Below are positions 57,057 through 64,000 of a DNA stretch of 64,000 nt, piece after piece (position 1 is the first letter of the stretch; each line of letters starts with the position of its first letter). The DNA lies in the IMG/VR virus record IMGVR_UViG_3300027736_000021. One strand, 5' to 3'. Below the pieces are notes generated by a model. That model did no database searches. It was not told the DNA's origin and was given only the letters and a program-made list of their open reading frames with translations. The DNA comes from a virus. A program made the translations under genes and the position numbers.

Positions 57057-57950
57057 ATGCCTACCAACTTTTACTTTAATCCATTTCCATTAAATCAAAT
57101 TACCAGCGAGCAATTGCTGGTGGAAGACCTTGTCATTGAGGCCATGCAAATCTATGGCATGGACATTTACTATATGCCAAGAAGTTCTCGTGATTCAGTA
57201 GATTTATTGTATGGTGAAGATACATTAAAAACATATACTTCGGCTTTTGCACTTGAAATGTACCTTGAAGATGTTACTGGTATGGAAGGTGAAGGTGATT
57301 TTATGTCCAAATTTGGGCTTGAAATCCGAGACGATTTAACACTTTTAGTTTCTCGCCGTAGGTTTGCATTTACTGTAAATCAACTTCGACCAAATGAAGG
57401 CGATTTGATTTATATTCCTATGTTACAAAACTTTTTTGAAATTACCTTTGTAGAGCATGAAAATGGTCAGGCCATGTATTACACATTAGGTCGTGGTCGT
57501 GGCGGTAATGTTTATGTGTATGCATTGAAATTAAAACAGTTTGTATTTTCTAATGAAGTTGTTGAAACAGGCAATGCTGAAATTGATGGTCAAATCAGAG
57601 ATGCATACCCACGCACACGCCTCACACTAAACGCTGGTGGTTCAGGTGCATTTGTTAATGATGAGATTGTATTTGTAAGTCCTGATGCCACATATGCTAA
57701 TGCAACAGCACAAGCTATTGTTCACAACTATGTAACTGGTAGTTCCGTTGATGTTTATAGAGTTAGAGGAACATTTACTACTGGCACATTAAGAGGTAAA
57801 ACTAGTAGTGCGGCTTGGGGATTAAATACTGTTTCTGACACCTCAACAATGGATAATGCCTTTGAAGATATTGTAGATAATAATCGCATTGAAACCGAAT
57901 CAGATGCTATTATTGATTTTACAGAACACAATCCATTTGGTGAAGCTTAA
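57057..57950 (+). CDS. gp14: Neck protein gp14
   Basis: EQ.L.EDL..E...IYG.D.YY.PR, SKFGLEI.D, RPNEGDLIY, DF.E.NPFG. Confidence 0.95.
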   Translation: MPTNFYFNPFPLNQITSEQLLVEDLVIEAMQIYGMDIYYMPRSSRDSVDLLYGEDTLKTYTSAFALEMYLEDVTGMEGEGDFMSKFGLEIRDDLTLLVSRRRFAFTVNQLRPNEGDLIYIPMLQNFFEITFVEHENGQAMYYTLGRGRGGNVYVYALKLKQFVFSNEVVETGNAEIDGQIRDAYPRTRLTLNAGGSGAFVNDEIVFVSPDATYANATAQAIVHNYVTGSSVDVYRVRGTFTTGTLRGKTSSAAWGLNTVSDTSTMDNAFEDIVDNNRIETESDAIIDFTEHNPFGEA

Positions 57951-58954
57951 TGTTAGGTAATGCACACTTTTATAACCGAACGATTCGCAAAATTGTTGTT
58001 GCGTTTGGTTCTATGTTTAATGATATTCTTTTGACTCGTTATTCAAAAGATGGGTCAACAGCATATGAAATTACTAAAGTACCTTTATCATATGGTGCAA
58101 AAGAAAAATACTTAGTTCGTTTACAGTCTGACCCAAATCTTACAAAGTCTATTGCAACAACTGTACCTCGCATGAGTTTTGATTTGGTTGGAATGACATA
58201 TGACACCACAAGAAAACAACAATCTACACTACAAAACTTTGGGTTTAGTTCTGGTTCTTTTAGAAGCCAGTATGCACCTGTTCCATATAATTTTGATTTT
58301 AACTTATCAATCTATGTTCGTAACACAGAAGATGGTACACAGATACTAGAACAAATACTGCCATTTTTTACACCAGATTTTACAGTAACAATTGATTTCA
58401 TTAGCCAAATGGATCAAAAGTATGATATGCCTGTTATTCTCAATTCAGTAAGCCCTGAAGTTGATTATGAAGGCGACTTTATGAACACTCGTTTAATTAT
58501 TTGGAATCTTACATTTACTGCAAAGGCATATATCTGGCCTCCAGTATCCGCTAATAATTCAAGTAAACTTATTACTAAAGCCAATACAAATATATTTACT
58601 GATTCTACTAATTTAGATGCACAAAAAGTATATGTTAATATGGCAACAGGTTTTGGAGTATATACAACAGGTGAAGATATTATAGTTGAAAAGCGAGGTG
58701 TAACAGGTAAAGTATTATACTTTAGTAATACCGCAGACGGTACATTGGTGTTAACAAACTTGAATAAAAAAGTTCAAGCAAATGATAAAGTAACTGGAGT
58801 TTATTCCAATTCAACTTTTACCATTTCAACTGTATCTCAATCACAAACAAAAGCGGTAGCAATTGTAATAACACCTAATCCAGCAAATGCAAATGGAAAT
58901 GGCGTATATGGATTTGAAGAAACATTTACTGAATGGCCTGATACTTTAATATGA
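57950..58954 (+). CDS. gp15: Tail sheath stabiliser/terminator gp15
   Basis: FYN.TIRK.VVAFG.MFN, VPL.YG.KEK, PRMSF, PVPYN, QILEQILPFF.P. Confidence 0.95.
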   Translation: MLGNAHFYNRTIRKIVVAFGSMFNDILLTRYSKDGSTAYEITKVPLSYGAKEKYLVRLQSDPNLTKSIATTVPRMSFDLVGMTYDTTRKQQSTLQNFGFSSGSFRSQYAPVPYNFDFNLSIYVRNTEDGTQILEQILPFFTPDFTVTIDFISQMDQKYDMPVILNSVSPEVDYEGDFMNTRLIIWNLTFTAKAYIWPPVSANNSSKLITKANTNIFTDSTNLDAQKVYVNMATGFGVYTTGEDIIVEKRGVTGKVLYFSNTADGTLVLTNLNKKVQANDKVTGVYSNSTFTISTVSQSQTKAVAIVITPNPANANGNGVYGFEETFTEWPDTLI

Positions 58955-59358
58955 AAAAATTGAACGACAACTTATCTGAAATCTTTGACATTGAACCAAT
59001 GGAACAACCAGAAGTTTTGCCTGCGGTCAAACCAACCACAGAGGTAATTGCCTCCGATGAAGTGGAAACTGACGCAGCTTTAGCAAGAAAAAACATTAAA
59101 GGTTTACTAGATAAAGGTGGTGCAGCCATAGATAATCTATTGTTAGTTGCACAAGAATCTGAGCACCCACGAGCATATGAAGTTGCCGCTAATTTTATTA
59201 AAACATTAGGTGACTTGAACAAAGACTTGTTAGAGATTCAAAAACAAAAACAAAGCTTACGACCAGTTGAGATAAACAATCAATCTATTAATGTTGAAAA
59301 AGCAGTATTTGTTGGATCTACCGCAGAATTACTTAAACAAATTAGAGAGAATAAATAA
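58951..59358 (+). CDS. gp16: Terminase small subunit gp16
   Basis: A.ESEHPRAYEV, VFVGSTAELLK. Confidence 0.93.
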   Translation: MKKLNDNLSEIFDIEPMEQPEVLPAVKPTTEVIASDEVETDAALARKNIKGLLDKGGAAIDNLLLVAQESEHPRAYEVAANFIKTLGDLNKDLLEIQKQKQSLRPVEINNQSINVEKAVFVGSTAELLKQIRENK

Positions 59359-59362
59359 TACC

Positions 59363-59797
59363 ATGGAACAATTAATTGAACAAATGAAAACAATTTTAGG
59401 TACAACCTTTGGGTTGTATTTTAAGGCACACTCATACCATTGGAACATTGAGGGTCCTGATTTTGCACAATACCATGATTTTTTAGGTAATTTTTACACT
59501 GGCGTTTTTGCCAATGTTGACCCAATCGCAGAACATATTCGTGCCTTAAATTCATATGCACCAGTATCATTAAGTAGAATGTTAGAACTATCTGATATTG
59601 AAGAAACAGATACCGTTCCATCAGCATTAACAATGTTGTCAAATCTAAAAAATGATAACGAAAGATATATGATGCATTTGCGTGCTGGTATTGCCGCAGC
59701 TGAAGGTGCAAATGAGCCAGCCGTTGGTAATTTTCTACAAGACATTTTAGACCAACATCAAAAACAAGGTTGGATGTTAAGAAGTTTTACAAAATAA
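59363..59797 (+). CDS. dps: Dps (DNA-binding ferritin-like protein)
   Basis: KAHSYHWNIEGPDF.QYH, D.IAEHIRAL, H.K..WML ferroxidase motifs; start set at MEQLIEQ. Confidence 0.88.
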   Translation: MEQLIEQMKTILGTTFGLYFKAHSYHWNIEGPDFAQYHDFLGNFYTGVFANVDPIAEHIRALNSYAPVSLSRMLELSDIEETDTVPSALTMLSNLKNDNERYMMHLRAGIAAAEGANEPAVGNFLQDILDQHQKQGWMLRSFTK

Positions 59798-59801
59798 TTG
59801 A

Positions 59802-61487
<1,686 letters not shown>

Positions 61488-61540
61488 AAAACTAAATAGT
61501 CTATAAAGAAAAAATTGACCCGTAAACTAAGGAGAAATCC

Positions 61541-63445
61541 ATGGCATTTCAGCTATCACCTGGAATAAATGTATCAGAAATTGACCTGACCACAATTGTT
61601 CCTTCCGTTGCCACCTCAATCGGTGGTATTGCTGGAAATTTTAATTGGGGTCCAGTAAATGAAGTGGTTACCGTGTCTGACGAGGTTACTCTTGTTGACC
61701 GTTTTGGTAAGCCAGACAGCACAAATTATGAATACTGGTTCTCAACTGCAAATTTTCTTGCATATTCAAATAATCTAAAAATTGTTCGTGCCGCTAACAC
61801 GACATCTACTCTTAATGCCACTGCTAACGCATCTGGTATTTTGATTGAAAATGAAAGTGATTATGAAAATAACCACGAAAACGCATCAAACGCAACTTAT
61901 GGACCGTTTGCAGCTCGTTGCGCTGGCGATTTAGGCAATTCGTTGCGTGTTTCTATTTGCCCTTCTTCACAGGCTTTTTCTGCTAACTTATCAGTTACAG
62001 ATTCATTAAGAACTAATGCTGTTACATCTGGTACTACCGTAATTAATGTTCAAGGTAATGCAAATGCAGCTGCAAATATTGCTGCCGGCGATTTAATTTC
62101 TGTTACTGGTGGAACATCATACATTCGTGTTGCTTCTGTTAACACAACCGCAATTATTGTTGCAACAGCAATTACTGCTAACGTAGCCAATTCTACACCA
62201 ATTTTAAAGAAATGGCAATATGCTGACGAATTTGGTGTTGCTCCAAGCACATCATCGTATGTAACAGATAAAGGTGGTAGTGGTGATGAAATGCACATTA
62301 TCATTATTGACGAAGATGGTAAATTTAGTGGTACTGCAAACACAGTATTAGAAAAATATGCTTTTGTTTCTAAAGCATCTGATGCAATTTCTAATGATGG
62401 ATCTTCAAATTTTTATAAAACGGTTTTAAATGAACAATCACAATACGTTTGGTGGATGGCACATCAGCCTGGTTCATCTAATTGGGGAACTGCAGCTTCA
62501 GGAATAACATATACAAACCTAAACAACGCATGGTATTCATCATTGAGTGCTGGTGCAAATGGTACAATTGGTAATTCTGAAATTATTACTGCATACGGAT
62601 TCTTTGCTAATCCAGATGTTGTTGATGTATCGTTACTTATTTCTGGACCAGGAAATGCAACAGTAGCGGCAAGTTTAATATCTACTGTTGAATCTCGTAA
62701 AGATTGTTTAGTATTTTTGTCTCCAACCAGAGCTTCTGTTGTTAACAATGCAGGTTCAGAATCGACAAGTATTCTTTCTTTCCGTGCAGGATTAACAAGT
62801 TCATCCTATGCTGTATTGGATTCTGGTTACAAATATCAATATGACAAATACAATGATGTTTATCGTTATGTGCCATTAAATGGTGACATAGCTGGTGTTT
62901 GTGCTCGCACAGACCTTGAGCGTGACCCATGGTTCTCACCTGGCGGTTTAAATCGTGGTATCATTAAGAATGTTATTAAGTTGGCTTATAATCCAACTAA
63001 AGCTGAGCGTGATAACCTGTATGTTCAAGGTATCAATCCAGTTGTAACATTCCAAGGTGAAGGTACAATTCTGTTTGGCGATAAGACAATGTTAAATCGT
63101 CCTTCCGTATTTGACCGTATTAATGTTCGCCGTCTTTTTGTTGTGCTTGAGAAGTCAATTGCTCGTGCAGCTCGTTCAACCTTATTTGAATTTAACGACC
63201 AATTTACTCGTGCTCAGTTTGTAAACTTAGTAGAACCATACCTGCGTGATGTTCAAGGTCGCCGTGGTATTACTGATTTCCGTGTTGTTTGCGATACTAC
63301 AAACAATACACCAGAAGTCATTGACAGCAATCGTTTTGTAGGCGATATCTACATCAAACCAGCTCGTTCAGTCAACTTCATTCAACTTAACTTTGTGGCT
63401 GTTCGCACAGGTGTTTCGTTTGAAGAAATCGTTGGCCGGTTCTAA
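61541..63445 (+). CDS. gp18: Tail sheath protein gp18
   Basis: SPG..V.EIDLT, F.WGP, PWFSPGG.NRG, GDKT, FDRINVRRLF, IKPARS.NFI.LNF. Confidence 0.97.
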   Translation: MAFQLSPGINVSEIDLTTIVPSVATSIGGIAGNFNWGPVNEVVTVSDEVTLVDRFGKPDSTNYEYWFSTANFLAYSNNLKIVRAANTTSTLNATANASGILIENESDYENNHENASNATYGPFAARCAGDLGNSLRVSICPSSQAFSANLSVTDSLRTNAVTSGTTVINVQGNANAAANIAAGDLISVTGGTSYIRVASVNTTAIIVATAITANVANSTPILKKWQYADEFGVAPSTSSYVTDKGGSGDEMHIIIIDEDGKFSGTANTVLEKYAFVSKASDAISNDGSSNFYKTVLNEQSQYVWWMAHQPGSSNWGTAASGITYTNLNNAWYSSLSAGANGTIGNSEIITAYGFFANPDVVDVSLLISGPGNATVAASLISTVESRKDCLVFLSPTRASVVNNAGSESTSILSFRAGLTSSSYAVLDSGYKYQYDKYNDVYRYVPLNGDIAGVCARTDLERDPWFSPGGLNRGIIKNVIKLAYNPTKAERDNLYVQGINPVVTFQGEGTILFGDKTMLNRPSVFDRINVRRLFVVLEKSIARAARSTLFEFNDQFTRAQFVNLVEPYLRDVQGRRGITDFRVVCDTTNNTPEVIDSNRFVGDIYIKPARSVNFIQLNFVAVRTGVSFEEIVGRF

Positions 63446-63471
63446 TAAATAGAAAAACAGGAGATATTTAA

Positions 63472-64000
63472 ATGGCATTTTCAGTAAACGAATTTAGAAG
63501 CCAAATGGTGGGCGATGGTGCTCGTCCAAATTTATTTGAAGTTTCTATGCCGTTTCCTGGTTTTTCTTCACCAGGAAATGCACAAACAAAACTTACTTTT
63601 ATGTGTAAAACAGCACAATTACCAGGATCAACAGTTGGTGTAGTTCCTGTTCAATACTTTGGTCGTGAACTAAAGTTTGCAGGCAATCGCACATTCCAGG
63701 ATTGGGTAATTACGGTCATTAACGATGAAGATTTTGTTGTTCGCAATGCTTTTGAGCGTTGGTTGAATGGCATTAACAGTCATAGTTTGAATGTTCGCAA
63801 CCCTTTAGCACAAACACCTGGTAGTTATACAGTTGATTCTGATGTAACACAGTTTTCTAAAGCTGGTGAACCACTTAAAAAATATAGATTTTTAGGTACA
63901 TTCCCAACAGACCTTTCACCAATTGATGTTGATTGGGGTTCAAACGATACTATTGAAGAATTTACCGTAACTCTGTCCTACCAATGGTGGGAATCAGTAG
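63472..64000 (+). CDS. gp19: Tail tube protein gp19 (runs off the window)
   Basis: MAFSVNEFRSQMVGDGARPNLFEV...CKTAQLPGS...FGRELKFAGNRTF..W..TVINDEDF...FPTD.SPI...IEEF.VT. Confidence 0.95.
   Translation, partial: MAFSVNEFRSQMVGDGARPNLFEVSMPFPGFSSPGNAQTKLTFMCKTAQLPGSTVGVVPVQYFGRELKFAGNRTFQDWVITVINDEDFVVRNAFERWLNGINSHSLNVRNPLAQTPGSYTVDSDVTQFSKAGEPLKKYRFLGTFPTDLSPIDVDWGSNDTIEEFTVTLSYQWWESV

Overview
A 64-kb, AT-rich, gene-dense segment of a T4-like myovirus genome; no bacterial chromosomal genes are seen. 1-9 kb (+): accessory and early genes (lipoprotein, DEDDh exonuclease, DenV-like glycosylase, Cas4-like nuclease, small membrane and secreted proteins, SleB-type hydrolase), a circularly permuted two-piece tmRNA gene, and gp33-gp59-nucleotidase-gp32. 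9-14 kb (-): tape-measure/tail-lysozyme gene, gp51/gp26, gp54-like, gp2, gp4. 14-33 kb (+): baseplate (gp48, gp53, hub, a gp5 split into separate genes, gp25, gp6, gp7-like, gp8, a 1976-aa virion protein). 33-56 kb (+): about 30 fibre, adaptor and chaperone genes built from recurring N- and C-terminal motifs. 56-64 kb (+): gp13, gp14, gp15, gp16, Dps, gp17, gp18 and partial gp19. Most notable observations: (i) the phage-encoded permuted tmRNA; (ii) a probable -1 frameshift joining gp26 to gp51 just upstream of the tape-measure gene (lambda G/GT-like); (iii) two genes apparently starting at ATC in an identical context, plus many near-leaderless late genes; (iv) an apparent plug-and-socket motif grammar for a branched receptor-binding fibre system; (v) a virion-wide excess of small-residue-Asn motifs. 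All family assignments are by eye from motifs and T4 synteny, not database searches.
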